From the NCBI GenBank assembly GCA_050246315.1, contig JBFWWG010000005.1, forward strand, positions 128,001 through 192,000: a stretch of 64,000 nt of DNA, read 5' to 3'. This DNA comes from Nitrospiraceae bacterium (lineage in GTDB: Bacteria; Nitrospirota; Nitrospiria; Nitrospirales; Nitrospiraceae). Under the pieces are notes generated by a model. That model saw nothing but the letters and a program-made list of their open reading frames with translations, was not told the origin of the DNA and ran no database searches. Shown here in pieces: positions 9,258 through 19,314 of the stretch; positions within the stretch are counted from its first letter, which is position 1, and the number at the start of each line of letters is the position of its first letter. Both the position numbers and the translations under genes were made by a program.

Positions 9258-9941
9258 TCAGCTCGCGTTGATCAGCGAGCGCGCGTATCGGAACGCGTTG
9301 TCCATGTCTGGGAGCTGACCCAGATCCGGCGTCAGTTGGAGATGGCGGATGGTATTGTCCTTGTCCACGACCAGGATCGCCCGAGTCAGAATGTGGGGAT
9401 CCTTGAGGAAGAGGCCGTGGGCTTTGCCGAACGCAGCCTCACGATAATCGGAGAGAAAGGTGACGTTGGTGATCTTCGCCTCCTCCGCGAAACGCTTCTG
9501 GGCAAAGGGGGTATCGATGCTGATCGTGATGAGTTCGATCATCCGGTCCAAGCCGTTGTTTTTCTCGCTGAGGTAATGAGTCTGCTGTTCACACACTTTG
9601 GTGTCGAGCGACGGCACCACGCTGATGATCCGCACCTTCCCCTTGCCCTCGGTTCCCGCGATATGGACCAACGAGAGATCGGATTTGGTCACGAGGGCGT
9701 CGCGCAGCTTGTCTCCCGCCTTGATCTCCGGGCCGGACAGGGGGGTCGCTTTGCCGAACAGGGTCACGCTGTGTCCCTCTCCAGCCAGGGCGGAGGCTTG
9801 AGAGACCGGCAGATTCTTATACATGAATCCCGATTCCACGGACTTGCCCATGCCAGCACAGCCGGTACAGGCAAGCAGGAGCCCGGCTGCGATCAGTGAT
9901 GAAGGACGAGCATGCGCGCGTGCGATCGAGATCCGTGTCAT
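9258..9941 (-). CDS. tpx: thiol peroxidase (Tpx family) with lipoprotein signal
   Basis: VPSLDTKVC, ISIDTPFAQKRF, FLSDYR; N-terminal LLLACTGC. Confidence 0.85.
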   Translation of the reverse strand: MTRISIARAHARPSSLIAAGLLLACTGCAGMGKSVESGFMYKNLPVSQASALAGEGHSVTLFGKATPLSGPEIKAGDKLRDALVTKSDLSLVHIAGTEGKGKVRIISVVPSLDTKVCEQQTHYLSEKNNGLDRMIELITISIDTPFAQKRFAEEAKITNVTFLSDYREAAFGKAHGLFLKDPHILTRAILVVDKDNTIRHLQLTPDLGQLPDMDNAFRYARSLINAS

Positions 9942-10009
9942 AGGTCTACCTCCTTTGCTTCAGGATGGTGAGCTGTCGGTCCCATAGTGTGGCGGGCTTT
10001 CGCATCATG

Positions 10010-10945
10010 TCAAGGTTCCAGAAACGCACGGATTGCTTGATTGACCGGCTCCGGCTGTTCCCACTGCGGGATGTGGCCCGCTCGGGGAACGAGCATGAGC
10101 CTCGATGCGGCGATCGTCTCGGACAACGATCGCCCCACCGCAGAAGGGAAGATCCGGTCTTCTTCGCCCCAGATAATCAGTGCGGGCTGACGGATTTCGC
10201 GCAGGCGAGGGGCATAGCGTGACTCCCAATCCGGCAATGTTTTCCCGATGGCCAGAATCGGCCCGATGAGCCCCGGCTGTCGCCGGTTGCGAGCGGATCG
10301 ATCGAGCACGGCTGGGGTGATCAACGACTGGTCATAGATGATCTCGTGCAAGACCTTTTCGCCGACGGAGGAGCCTAGGAGCGTGGCGCCCAGCTCGGCG
10401 AGCCAGAGCGGAAGCGAGGAATCCAGCGCCTTCCGGACTAGCGGACTGGCCAATTGTCCCTTGATATCGGCCGGCAACCCGCTGATGAGGATCAATCGCT
10501 CTACCCGTTCCGGCGCGGTCAGCGCCGCGGCAAGCGCCACCCCGGCCCCCATGGAATTGCCGATCAACGTGGCCTTGGGAATGGCCAATTGGTCCATGAA
10601 TCCCAAGAAAAACCCGAGTACCTCCTGTGGGCGATATTCCAATGCCGGCTTATCGGAAAAGCCGGAGCCCAAGAGATCGAGCGTAATGACGCGGTAGCCG
10701 TGATGCGACAAGGACTGCTGGTATTCCCATTGCCATAGCGACCCGCCGAACCCATGGATCAGGATCAGAATCGGCCCGGTTCCCTGATCGAGGTAGGCCA
10801 GACGGTACCCGTTGACCTTAACGGTCCGCACGGGCATGCGGGAGAGGGCGTCGAACCACGGCGGAATCTGCGGACTGGAGCAGGAGGCGAACAGACAGAG
10901 GGCGAGCAGCGACCAGAGCGGCAGGATGAGCGTAGGAGTGTTCAC
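10010..10945 (-). CDS. alpha/beta hydrolase, probable lipoprotein
   Basis: HGFGGS, GNSMG nucleophile elbow, GEED, AGHIPQWE; LFASC lipobox. Confidence 0.9.
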   Translation of the reverse strand: MNTPTLILPLWSLLALCLFASCSSPQIPPWFDALSRMPVRTVKVNGYRLAYLDQGTGPILILIHGFGGSLWQWEYQQSLSHHGYRVITLDLLGSGFSDKPALEYRPQEVLGFFLGFMDQLAIPKATLIGNSMGAGVALAAALTAPERVERLILISGLPADIKGQLASPLVRKALDSSLPLWLAELGATLLGSSVGEKVLHEIIYDQSLITPAVLDRSARNRRQPGLIGPILAIGKTLPDWESRYAPRLREIRQPALIIWGEEDRIFPSAVGRSLSETIAASRLMLVPRAGHIPQWEQPEPVNQAIRAFLEP

Positions 10946-10984
10946 TCGACGAGATCGAGCGCGGACCGTGGTGCGCCTGCGTCG

Positions 10985-12928
10985 CTATTCCAACTGGACG
11001 AGCGTTTCGTCCGTCTTGACGTTATCGCCCTCGGCGGCATAGACGGCCGAGACACGACCGTCGATCGGAGCCGGGACTCGGCTTTCCATCTTCATGGCCT
11101 CGATGATCAACAAGGGATCGCCCGCTTTGACGGCATCGCCCACCGACACGAGCACCTTCACAACTCGGCCCGGCATGGGGGGGGCCACATCTCCCGGCTT
11201 GAGCGGCTTGGGGCGCTTCGGCGTTTTCGAAGGTTGGGTATCAGCCTCGGGCACGCCGGCCAGCACTTCCTGGAGCGGCTCCAGCGTCACCTCTTCCAGC
11301 TTTTCATTGACGCGAATGTAGTAGGGACGCTTCCCATCCACCTTGCGGCCGGAGCCGGAGACGTGGATGTGGTAGGTCTCGCCATGGACGGAGACCAGGA
11401 ATTCCGCCGGCGCCAGATGCAACTCCGCTGCGGCGCTTGGTCCTTTCTCGGAGCGAGGAGTCAATTCTTCCGGTTTGAGTTCGCCCCGCGCCCGCTCCTC
11501 GAAGAATTCCCGTGCGATGGCCGGGAAGAGGGCGAATGACAACTGATCCTCCAGCGTGGCGGCTGTCGCCGGCATCTCCTCGGCGAGCGTCTCCAATTCC
11601 GGCTCCAGCCGATCGGCGGGACGGCCGCGAATCGGCTCCTCGTCGCCAATGGCCTTGGCCTGGATTTCCCGGTCGATGCCGCCGGGCGCTTTGCCGTAAA
11701 GACCGAGGAAATAATTCTTGGTCTCGGTCGTAATAACTTGATAGCGCTCGCCGGTGAGGACGTTCAGCGTGGCCTGGGTGCCGACGATCTGGCTGGTGGG
11801 CGTGACCAGCGGGGGATAGCCCATCTCCTTCCTCACGCGCGGTACCTCGTCGAGCACTTCCTTCATGCGATCGAGGGCGTTTTGCTCGGTGAGTTGGGCG
11901 GCTAGATTCGACAGCATACCGCCCGGGATCTGCGATGTGAGAATCTCGGCGTCCACGCCCGTGAAGTCGCTCTCGAATTGCTGATACTTCCGTCTCACTG
12001 TCCGGAAATGATCGGCGATGGGCTCCAGACGGCGCAGATCGAGGCCGGTGTCGTACGGTGTGCCGTGGAGGGCAGCCACGAGTGTTTCGGTCGGAGGGTG
12101 GGAGGTGCCTCCGGCCAGCGGTGAGATCGCCGTATCCAACATGTCCAGACCGGCCAGGATAGCCATGAACGACGCCATAGAGGCCATGCCGGACGTGTAA
12201 TGGGTATGGAGATGGATCGGAACGCTGACGGAGGATTTGAGACGTTTAATGAGCTGATAGGCCTCCAGCGGGGCCAGCAAGCCCGCCATGTCCTTGACAC
12301 AGAGGGTGTCCGTTCCCATGTCTTCGAACCGTTTGGCCAAATCCACGAAACGATCCAGGCTATGGACCGGACTGACGGTGTAACAAATCGCGGCTTCCGC
12401 GTGTTTGCCGTTGGATTTGACCTCGCGAATCGCGCGGTCCACGTTCCGCACGTCGTTGAGGGCGTCGAACACCCGGAACACGTCGATGCCGTTGGTCGCA
12501 GACCGCTCGATGAATTTCTCCAGCACGTCATCGGCGTAATGCCGGTAGCCGACGATGTTCTGTCCTCGCAGCAGCATCTGCAGCCTGGTATTGGGCATGG
12601 CTGCCCGCAGTGCGCGCAGCCGTGCCCAGGGATCTTCTTTGAGAAAGCGGAGGCAGGTGTCGAATGTCGCCCCACCCCAGACCTCCAGCGACCAGTAGCC
12701 GACCGCGTCGAGCTTCTGGGCGATGGAGAGCATGTCCTCCGTCCGCATCCGGGTGGCCAGCAGCGATTGGTGGCCGTCGCGCAGCGCCACATCGGTGATG
12801 TGCAAGGTCTTGCTCGGGGCGGGCTGGAGGCGGAGCGGAGCCGCCGCTTGCAGCCGAGTCCTGTCCTTCCGTGCGGCCCGTCGAACCGTGGTCGGACGAG
12901 AAGCTCTCTTTTTCGATGCGCGTGCCAT
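10985..12928 (-). CDS. pycB: pyruvate (or 2-oxoglutarate) carboxylase, carboxyltransferase + biotin-carrier subunit
   Basis: LRDGHQSLLATRM, WGGATFD, KDMAG, HTH, VTPTSQIVG, C-terminal EAMKM. Confidence 0.88.
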   Translation of the reverse strand: MARASKKRASRPTTVRRAARKDRTRLQAAAPLRLQPAPSKTLHITDVALRDGHQSLLATRMRTEDMLSIAQKLDAVGYWSLEVWGGATFDTCLRFLKEDPWARLRALRAAMPNTRLQMLLRGQNIVGYRHYADDVLEKFIERSATNGIDVFRVFDALNDVRNVDRAIREVKSNGKHAEAAICYTVSPVHSLDRFVDLAKRFEDMGTDTLCVKDMAGLLAPLEAYQLIKRLKSSVSVPIHLHTHYTSGMASMASFMAILAGLDMLDTAISPLAGGTSHPPTETLVAALHGTPYDTGLDLRRLEPIADHFRTVRRKYQQFESDFTGVDAEILTSQIPGGMLSNLAAQLTEQNALDRMKEVLDEVPRVRKEMGYPPLVTPTSQIVGTQATLNVLTGERYQVITTETKNYFLGLYGKAPGGIDREIQAKAIGDEEPIRGRPADRLEPELETLAEEMPATAATLEDQLSFALFPAIAREFFEERARGELKPEELTPRSEKGPSAAAELHLAPAEFLVSVHGETYHIHVSGSGRKVDGKRPYYIRVNEKLEEVTLEPLQEVLAGVPEADTQPSKTPKRPKPLKPGDVAPPMPGRVVKVLVSVGDAVKAGDPLLIIEAMKMESRVPAPIDGRVSAVYAAEGDNVKTDETLVQLE

Positions 12929-12951
12929 AGCGGGAATGGGGCGAGGTTCGA

Positions 12952-14370
12952 TTACAGTCCTTCGTGGGCGGCGATGGCGGCAGAGATGGCGAGCACCAGA
13001 TCCTCCGGCTCAACGGTGTCCTCGTAATCGAGCAACTGGGGATGCATTTCGATGTAGGAGGTGTCGAATCGTCCTCCGCGGAAATCCGGGTCCTGCATGA
13101 TCGCCTTCATATAAGGAATCGTCGTCTTCACGCCGCGGAGCACGTATTCTTCCAGCGACCGGTGCATGCGGCTGACCGATTCCTCCCAGGTGCGTCCCCG
13201 CACCGTCAGTTTGGCCAACAGCGGGTCGTAGTATGGAGGAATGGTGTAGCCCTTATAGACGGCCCCGTCGATCCGCACACCGATGCCGCCCGGAGAGAGA
13301 TAGGCTGTCACCGTTCCCGTGCAGGGCCGGAAGTTATTCTTCGGATCTTCCGCATTGATGCGACATTGAATCGCGTAGGCAATAAAGTGGACGTCCGATT
13401 GGGTGACGTCCAGCGGCTCGCCGGCGGCGATGGTGATCTGCGCCCGCACGATATCGATGGCGGTGATCTGCTCGGTCACGGTGTGCTCCACCTGCACCCG
13501 CGGATTCATTTCAATAAAGTAGTAGCGGCCGTCTTGATCGAGGAGGAACTCCACCGTCCCGGCATTGTCGTATACCACCGCCTTGGCCAGTCTGGCCGCC
13601 GCGGCCCCCATTTCCTCTCGAAGAGCCGGCGTGAGGACCAAGGATGGCGCGATCTCGATCAGCTTCTGGTGGCGGCGCTGGATCGAACAGTCTCGTTCGC
13701 CCAAGTGAATGATGTTGCCGTGACGATCGCCCAAGATCTGAAACTCGATGTGGTGCGGGCGCTCAATGTATTTTTCGATAAAGACGCTCCCGTCCCCGAA
13801 CGACGCCAAGGCTTCGCGCGAACAGGTGTCCATCTGATCGCGGAGTTCGTCGTCGGAACGCACCACCCGCAATCCGCGCCCTCCCCCTCCGGCGCTGGCC
13901 TTGATGATCACGGGATAGCCGACCTTTTGCGCGAAGATCAACCCCTCACGAACGTCTGAGATCCCTCCCTCGGTCCCCGGCACGATCGGCACACCCACGC
14001 TCTCGGCCAACTTGCGGGCTTCAACCTTGTTCCCCATCAAATGAATTGTTTGGGGCGACGGCCCGACAAAGGTGATACCCGAAGCTTGGCACAGGGTGGC
14101 AAACTCGGCATTCTCCGCCAGGAACCCGTATCCGGGGTGAATGGCGTCCGCCCCGACCCGTTTGGCCAAGGCCACGATCTGGGGCCCGTCCAGGAAACCT
14201 TTGACCGGCCCCGGTCCGACTTGGTAGGCCTCGTCGGCTTTCTTGACATAGATGCCGGTAGAATCGGCTTCGGAATAGATGGCCACGGTCGGGATGTTCA
14301 ATTCTCGACACGCGCGGATGATGCGCATGGCGATCTCGCCTCGATTGGCCACCAGGATCTTCTTAAACAT
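12952..14370 (-). CDS. pycA: pyruvate (or 2-oxoglutarate) carboxylase, biotin carboxylase subunit
   Basis: MFKKILVANRGEIA, HPGYGFLAEN, GGGGRG, RDCSIQRRHQK, EMNPRVQVEH. Confidence 0.9.
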   Translation of the reverse strand: MFKKILVANRGEIAMRIIRACRELNIPTVAIYSEADSTGIYVKKADEAYQVGPGPVKGFLDGPQIVALAKRVGADAIHPGYGFLAENAEFATLCQASGITFVGPSPQTIHLMGNKVEARKLAESVGVPIVPGTEGGISDVREGLIFAQKVGYPVIIKASAGGGGRGLRVVRSDDELRDQMDTCSREALASFGDGSVFIEKYIERPHHIEFQILGDRHGNIIHLGERDCSIQRRHQKLIEIAPSLVLTPALREEMGAAAARLAKAVVYDNAGTVEFLLDQDGRYYFIEMNPRVQVEHTVTEQITAIDIVRAQITIAAGEPLDVTQSDVHFIAYAIQCRINAEDPKNNFRPCTGTVTAYLSPGGIGVRIDGAVYKGYTIPPYYDPLLAKLTVRGRTWEESVSRMHRSLEEYVLRGVKTTIPYMKAIMQDPDFRGGRFDTSYIEMHPQLLDYEDTVEPEDLVLAISAAIAAHEGL

Positions 14371-14581
14371 ATTGAAGCGACAAGAAATATCTGGACGGCG
14401 TGCCGGTGCGCCGATGCCGCCCGGCCCGGGGAAAAACCGGCGTAAGGTAGCATACCGGGGTAGGGAAGTCGAGAAGTTGGAGGGCGAAAGGACGGATGCG
14501 TGAGCGGCGGATGTTGGTGCCGGCTGGACGCGATGGAACGGGGAGGGCCGAATGCCGAACCCTCCCACCATCCGTACGTTG

Positions 14582-15043
14582 TTATTTGGTGAGAATGAGC
14601 ACGCCCTTGGATTGAGCACTACCGCCGCCGGCGACGACGACCACGAAGGTCATGCCGTTCTTCATCTCCGGCACCGTCGCCTCGATGGTCGATTCGTTCA
14701 CCAAGGTGTATTTGACGTCGGTTTTCGAGGCTGCGCTGAAAGAAACGCCGTGGAAGCATTCTTTCGTGCCGAAGTTCTCTCCCTTGATCGTTACCATGTC
14801 GCCGGGTTTGACCTCGTCCGGCTCGACTTTCATGATTCTGGGTCGCTTGGATCGATCGCACACCGGATCTTTCTGGATCTTGGTCTCGTCGAACCCCTTG
14901 ATCGATTCGACGTCGAAGAGGGTGAAGCCCGCACCCTCCGTCATTTGTCCCTCCTTTTCCTGCTCAGCACCCAACAGGAGTGAGGGAGCGATGAGGAGTC
15001 CTCCAAGCACCGGTCCGGCCAATGTCAGGAGCATGCGCCGCAT
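14582..15043 (-). CDS. exported IPT/TIG-like domain protein
   Basis: signal peptide; PRIMKVEP..PGDMVTIKGENFG..ESTIEATVP. Confidence 0.75.
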   Translation of the reverse strand: MRRMLLTLAGPVLGGLLIAPSLLLGAEQEKEGQMTEGAGFTLFDVESIKGFDETKIQKDPVCDRSKRPRIMKVEPDEVKPGDMVTIKGENFGTKECFHGVSFSAASKTDVKYTLVNESTIEATVPEMKNGMTFVVVVAGGGSAQSKGVLILTK

Positions 15044-15060
15044 ACGAGTTCCTCCTTGCG

Positions 15061-15987
15061 TTATGATTTCGATTCAGCCCCGAGCGGGGTATAAAGTTCG
15101 TCGATGATTTTCTGGCCGGCCGCAGAAAGGCAGAACTCTTCGAAGGCCTGCACGAGCGGTGGAGCCTCTTTAGCTGACAACAAGAGCACGGGCCGTCGCA
15201 ATTTGTAGCGGCCATCTTTCACCGTCGGCTCTTCCGGTTCAATCTTGTCGATGGCCAGAAGACGAATGGCCACACCGGAACGCACCGCAGCCAACGCCTG
15301 CTCCAGGGACACATAAGAGACGGCCGAGCTCGGTGGAAGGGTGCCGACCACCTTTTTGATCACCTTGTCGTCGCGGCTGATGGTCGTGGCCGAGTTGGGG
15401 ATCTTGCCCGCGATGCCCAATTGCTCCTCGAACGCATCACGGACGTTTTCGTATCTCGGTCGATCGATCAACAGAATTTTCGTATCCGGTCCTCCGAGTT
15501 CCGACCAGAAGGAGTACTTCCCGCTGAAGAGTTCGCCGATCTGTCGCCATGTCATGTCTTTGGTCGTATTGGAGAGGTGCACGACGATGCCGATCCCGTC
15601 CCAGGCAATCTGGGTGGAACGCAGCTCCGGATCAGCCGTTCCCGTCACGGCGATCTGGGCCTCACCGCTCCTCACGATTTCGGCTGGCTTGGAATTCTTA
15701 TCCCAGAGCAAGTCGAGATAGACCCCCGGAGCGTGTCGCTCAAATGCCCTTGCCAACAATTCGAACAGCGGCTGCTCCGGGCCGTTGCCGGCGATGGTCA
15801 GATTGCCTCGTAGGTCCGCACCGCGAATCGGGTCGATCGGTATGACGACGAAGGATACCAGGCAAACAGCCGCCGCGATCAAGTGAATGATGCGACGGTT
15901 GGGGAACGGGGATCGGGATACAGGGGGGTGGCTCTGCCGGAACCAGGCAGAGGAGGTCGGGTCGTGCTGCATGTCGTGCGGCGTCAT
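15061..15987 (-). CDS. PstS-like periplasmic substrate-binding protein
   Basis: LTIAG, IAWDGIGIVVH, FSGKYSFWSELGG, Y.LRRPVLL. Confidence 0.8.
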   Translation of the reverse strand: MTPHDMQHDPTSSAWFRQSHPPVSRSPFPNRRIIHLIAAAVCLVSFVVIPIDPIRGADLRGNLTIAGNGPEQPLFELLARAFERHAPGVYLDLLWDKNSKPAEIVRSGEAQIAVTGTADPELRSTQIAWDGIGIVVHLSNTTKDMTWRQIGELFSGKYSFWSELGGPDTKILLIDRPRYENVRDAFEEQLGIAGKIPNSATTISRDDKVIKKVVGTLPPSSAVSYVSLEQALAAVRSGVAIRLLAIDKIEPEEPTVKDGRYKLRRPVLLLSAKEAPPLVQAFEEFCLSAAGQKIIDELYTPLGAESKS

Positions 15988-16313
15988 CCCCCGGTCGGCG
16001 TGGAACTCGGTGCGCTGCTGGAGTCGGAGTCCGACCCAAAGGTTAGGTTGGGGGCTGGCATGTCGCGCATTCCGGACACGGGAGGCAGCTTTGCGAATTT
16101 CGCCATGCGCTCGTTGAGCATGTCATAGGCCTTCATTTCTTTGAAGCCGGGCTTATGCGAGCCGACGACCTTGGAGGCGAATGAGGACATCAAGCGTGTG
16201 GCGCGTTTCACCTTGCACTTCGGACAGGCTGTATCTTCCACGCGCGCCCAGGTCGGCTGCACAGCCTCAAATCGTTCCTGGCAGTTCTCACAATGATATT
16301 CGTAGAGCGGCAT
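15984..16313 (-). CDS. FmdB-family zinc-ribbon protein
   Basis: MPLYEYHCENC..FE..CPKC..RLMSSF. Confidence 0.88.
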   Translation of the reverse strand: MPLYEYHCENCQERFEAVQPTWARVEDTACPKCKVKRATRLMSSFASKVVGSHKPGFKEMKAYDMLNERMAKFAKLPPVSGMRDMPAPNLTFGSDSDSSSAPSSTPTGG

Positions 16314-16492
16314 GGGCGGCCTCGTGTTGTGTGATCTCGCGATGAACAGGGCGGTCGCTCAAGCGAATCGTCTCAGTGCTACACCGTCTGAACCAGCTTG
16401 ACCCTGCCTCAAGAATTGCACTATTGTAGCACACTTTATGCACTGGGGGAGCCCCCTGTTTCATGGGCGCTGAGCGAAGGAGGAGTGTGTAC

Positions 16493-16669
16493 ATGCCAGT
16501 CTTGATTCGGCGGTATAAGGCATCCGGTGGGTTCATGCAAGAGGAACGAATTGATGACGAGGATCGCATCGAGCGGTACATGAGACTGTTCGAGAAGGAC
16601 GACGTGAAAAAGCTGGAAACCGGCGTCAAGGTGTTTATCGAGAAGGACGAATGGCAGTTACTCCCATAA
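16493..16669 (+). CDS. small hypothetical protein (58 aa)
   Basis: AGGAGG RBS before ATG 16493; protein-like charged sequence. Confidence 0.7.
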   Translation: MPVLIRRYKASGGFMQEERIDDEDRIERYMRLFEKDDVKKLETGVKVFIEKDEWQLLP

Positions 16670-16706
16670 ACGACTCTCCCGAAGGTGTTGTTGCGGAGGG
16701 TTCGTC

Positions 16707-16910
16707 ATGATGTATTGGGTCCACATTGCCCGCTCGATTGATCGAGCGACCCTCCATCGTGATCGATGCGCCGAAGTACCTTCCACCCCGACCAAGTCGG
16801 ATGTTTGGGAAGGAGGATGGTTCGACTATCCGGACAAGGAGCGAGCGCTCCTCGCGATGGAACAGGCCGGTACCACCTTCACCCGGCGTTGCACATTGTG
16901 CAAGCCGTAA
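16707..16910 (+). CDS. small His/Cys protein
   Basis: GGAGG RBS; ATLHRDRC ... CTLCKP. Confidence 0.7.
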   Translation: MMYWVHIARSIDRATLHRDRCAEVPSTPTKSDVWEGGWFDYPDKERALLAMEQAGTTFTRRCTLCKP

Positions 16911-16955
16911 TCGGCGTGTCGGGCTTGCCGGCCATACGCCGGACCTGTCGGGGTC

Positions 16956-17828
16956 ATGCCGCAGTTAGCTCTTTTGGCCACGACGATTGTGTGGGGTGCG
17001 ACCTTTCCTGCGACCAAGGCGGCTCTCGCGCAACTGCCGCCGCTCTCCTTTCTCTTCATGCGGTTTCTGCTGGGCGCACTTCTGGCGGTGGCGGCCGCCT
17101 GGGCGATGGGCTATCGCCTCGAGCGGAATTCGGCGGTGCTCCGGATGGCCGCGATCGCCACCGTCTGGCTCAGTCTCGGCTATTTCTGTCAAACGGTCGG
17201 GTTACACTACACGACCGCCTCCAACTCGGCCTTTATTACCGTGCTCTATGTGGTGTTCGTGCCGATATTTCTCCGTCGGTTCAGTCTGGTTACCTGGATA
17301 GCCGTGGGATTGGCTCTGACGGGACTTTTTTGCCTGGTGAAGCCGACCGTCTCCATCAATCTCGGCGACCTGCTCAATCTCGCCTGTGCCGCAGCGTTCG
17401 CGGCGCATATCGCCTGCCTCGAACAGTTTACGAGAACCGGACAGTCCGTGTCGTTATTTCTCTGGCAGATGATTCTCATGAGCCTCGTGATGGCGCTGGG
17501 ATCGGTGAGCGAGTCGCCGGAAGCGGAGGCCTTCAGGCCTTCGCCGGTGTTGATGACCGGCCTCACCGTCACGGGTGTGCTTGCCACCGGCGCCTTCGCC
17601 GTGCAGATGTGGGCGCAGCGCGTTGTGCCGGCACACCAGGTGGCGCTGATTTTTGCCCTGGAACCGGCGTGTGCCGCATGGCTGTCCTCGCTGTTTCTTG
17701 GAGAGGAGTTGGATAGACTGGGGTGGGTCGGGAGCGGGTGTATTCTGATTGCGACCCTGTTGGGGACGCTCTGGGGTCGTGAATCCGACTCGATCAAGGA
17801 GTCGGCAGCCGGTTTGCCGACGAAATAG
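16956..17828 (+). CDS. EamA/DMT family transporter
   Basis: WGATFPATK, QTVGLHYTTASNSAFI, LEPACA; ~10 TM. Confidence 0.92.
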   Translation: MPQLALLATTIVWGATFPATKAALAQLPPLSFLFMRFLLGALLAVAAAWAMGYRLERNSAVLRMAAIATVWLSLGYFCQTVGLHYTTASNSAFITVLYVVFVPIFLRRFSLVTWIAVGLALTGLFCLVKPTVSINLGDLLNLACAAAFAAHIACLEQFTRTGQSVSLFLWQMILMSLVMALGSVSESPEAEAFRPSPVLMTGLTVTGVLATGAFAVQMWAQRVVPAHQVALIFALEPACAAWLSSLFLGEELDRLGWVGSGCILIATLLGTLWGRESDSIKESAAGLPTK

Positions 17829-17838
17829 AGAGACACCG

Positions 17839-18306
17839 ATGGCGCAGAAATTCGGAAATGGACGGTGGGTACGCGAGGGCTTCCTCGACAATCGTATCCC
17901 CGGACTCGTCGTCGGCCGGATCTATCTCGCGGGGATCGAGTGGGTCGATCTTTGCCTTACCGGAGATTTCAAAGACGACATCGTCGGCCATGCCATTCTG
18001 CTCAGGAACAGCCGGTATGAGGATGATGCCATGGCCGAACAGGTCCTAGCCGATTTTGAGGTGCCGCAAATCGGGACGGTGAGCCTGATCTCGTTCGATC
18101 CTCATCCGCTCCTCCAACCCCATCCTTACATCGAATGGTTCTCCGATCGAAAGAATCACTACCGGATCGAACTGGAGACGGGCGATGCCTGGGTTGTGAC
18201 GTCCGATCAAGCCAGCGACCTCGACGGCGATAGCCGGCGGATACGAGAAAGCTTGACCAGCTCCCGCCCCGCAGGCGCCGCAGAGGACGATTCTGAGTGG
18301 GTGTAG
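17839..18306 (+). CDS. hypothetical protein
   Basis: 155-aa ORF directly after the DMT gene (MAQKFGNGRWVREGFLDNR...). Confidence 0.75.
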   Translation: MAQKFGNGRWVREGFLDNRIPGLVVGRIYLAGIEWVDLCLTGDFKDDIVGHAILLRNSRYEDDAMAEQVLADFEVPQIGTVSLISFDPHPLLQPHPYIEWFSDRKNHYRIELETGDAWVVTSDQASDLDGDSRRIRESLTSSRPAGAAEDDSEWV

Positions 18307-18348
18307 GGCCGCTGGTAGGCGGCGGAAACCGAGTTGGGTGTGAGACCG

Positions 18349-19314
18349 TTAGACCGCGACTGCCTCTTCCTGCGGCCGTGAATCCCGGACATGGGCCGGG
18401 ACGGGTCGCAGATCCCAGATCAATCCGCACCACGACATGGCCTTCAAAATGTAATAGGAGATGTCGATTTCCCACCAATAGAAGCCCTGTCGCGCCGAGG
18501 CTGGATAATAATGATGGTTGTTGTGCCAGCCCTCGCCGAAGGTGATAAGGGCGAGAAAGAAATTGTTCCGGCTGAAATCTCCGGTCTCATACCGCCTCGA
18601 ACCCCAGCGGTGAGCGAGCGAATTGATCGTATAGGTGCAGTGGCTAACGAGTACGGTCGAAAGAAAGAACCCGACGATCAACATCTGCATGCCCGATGTA
18701 CCCAGTTCCGGCCACAGTGCGTTCAGGCCGACCCCCAAGAAGAAGGTGAGCGTACCGAGTGCGATCGGGATGAGAAGGTCGAAGCGATCGAGCCAGCGAA
18801 GTTCGGGGTATTTGGCCAGATCGTTAACGGCCTTCACGTCGGTCGGTCCGTTGATCGGAGCCAAAAACCAACCGGTGTGGCTCCAGAGAAAACTGTTCGT
18901 AATCGGCGAATGAACGTCCGATTGTTGATCCGACACGCGATGATGCTTGCGATGGTGTGCCGCCCACCACAGTGGGCCGCGCTGCACGGCTGAGGCCCCG
19001 GCCAGCCCGAACAGGAATTGACAGACGCGAGACGTTTTGAAGGTTCGGTGGGAAAAATACCGATGGTAGAAGCCGGTGATGGCGAACATGCGAAGGCCGT
19101 ACAGGAACATGGCCACCAGCACCGCCGGCCAGCTCAGGCCGACCCAAAATATGCCGAGACACATGAGGTGCATGATGATAAATGGAACGGCTTGTATCCA
19201 ATCGACCCGGTAGGGATCCTGCTTCGGATTCAGATGCTTGGGTTGCCAGGAGTCAAACAAATACACCGGAATGCGTAGGATCGACCAGATGCCTTGCGTG
19301 AGCTGTGTGATCAT
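18349..19314 (-). CDS. delta-9 type fatty acyl desaturase
   Basis: His boxes HRYFSH, HRKHH, GEGWHNNHH. Confidence 0.93.
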   Translation of the reverse strand: MITQLTQGIWSILRIPVYLFDSWQPKHLNPKQDPYRVDWIQAVPFIIMHLMCLGIFWVGLSWPAVLVAMFLYGLRMFAITGFYHRYFSHRTFKTSRVCQFLFGLAGASAVQRGPLWWAAHHRKHHRVSDQQSDVHSPITNSFLWSHTGWFLAPINGPTDVKAVNDLAKYPELRWLDRFDLLIPIALGTLTFFLGVGLNALWPELGTSGMQMLIVGFFLSTVLVSHCTYTINSLAHRWGSRRYETGDFSRNNFFLALITFGEGWHNNHHYYPASARQGFYWWEIDISYYILKAMSWCGLIWDLRPVPAHVRDSRPQEEAVAV

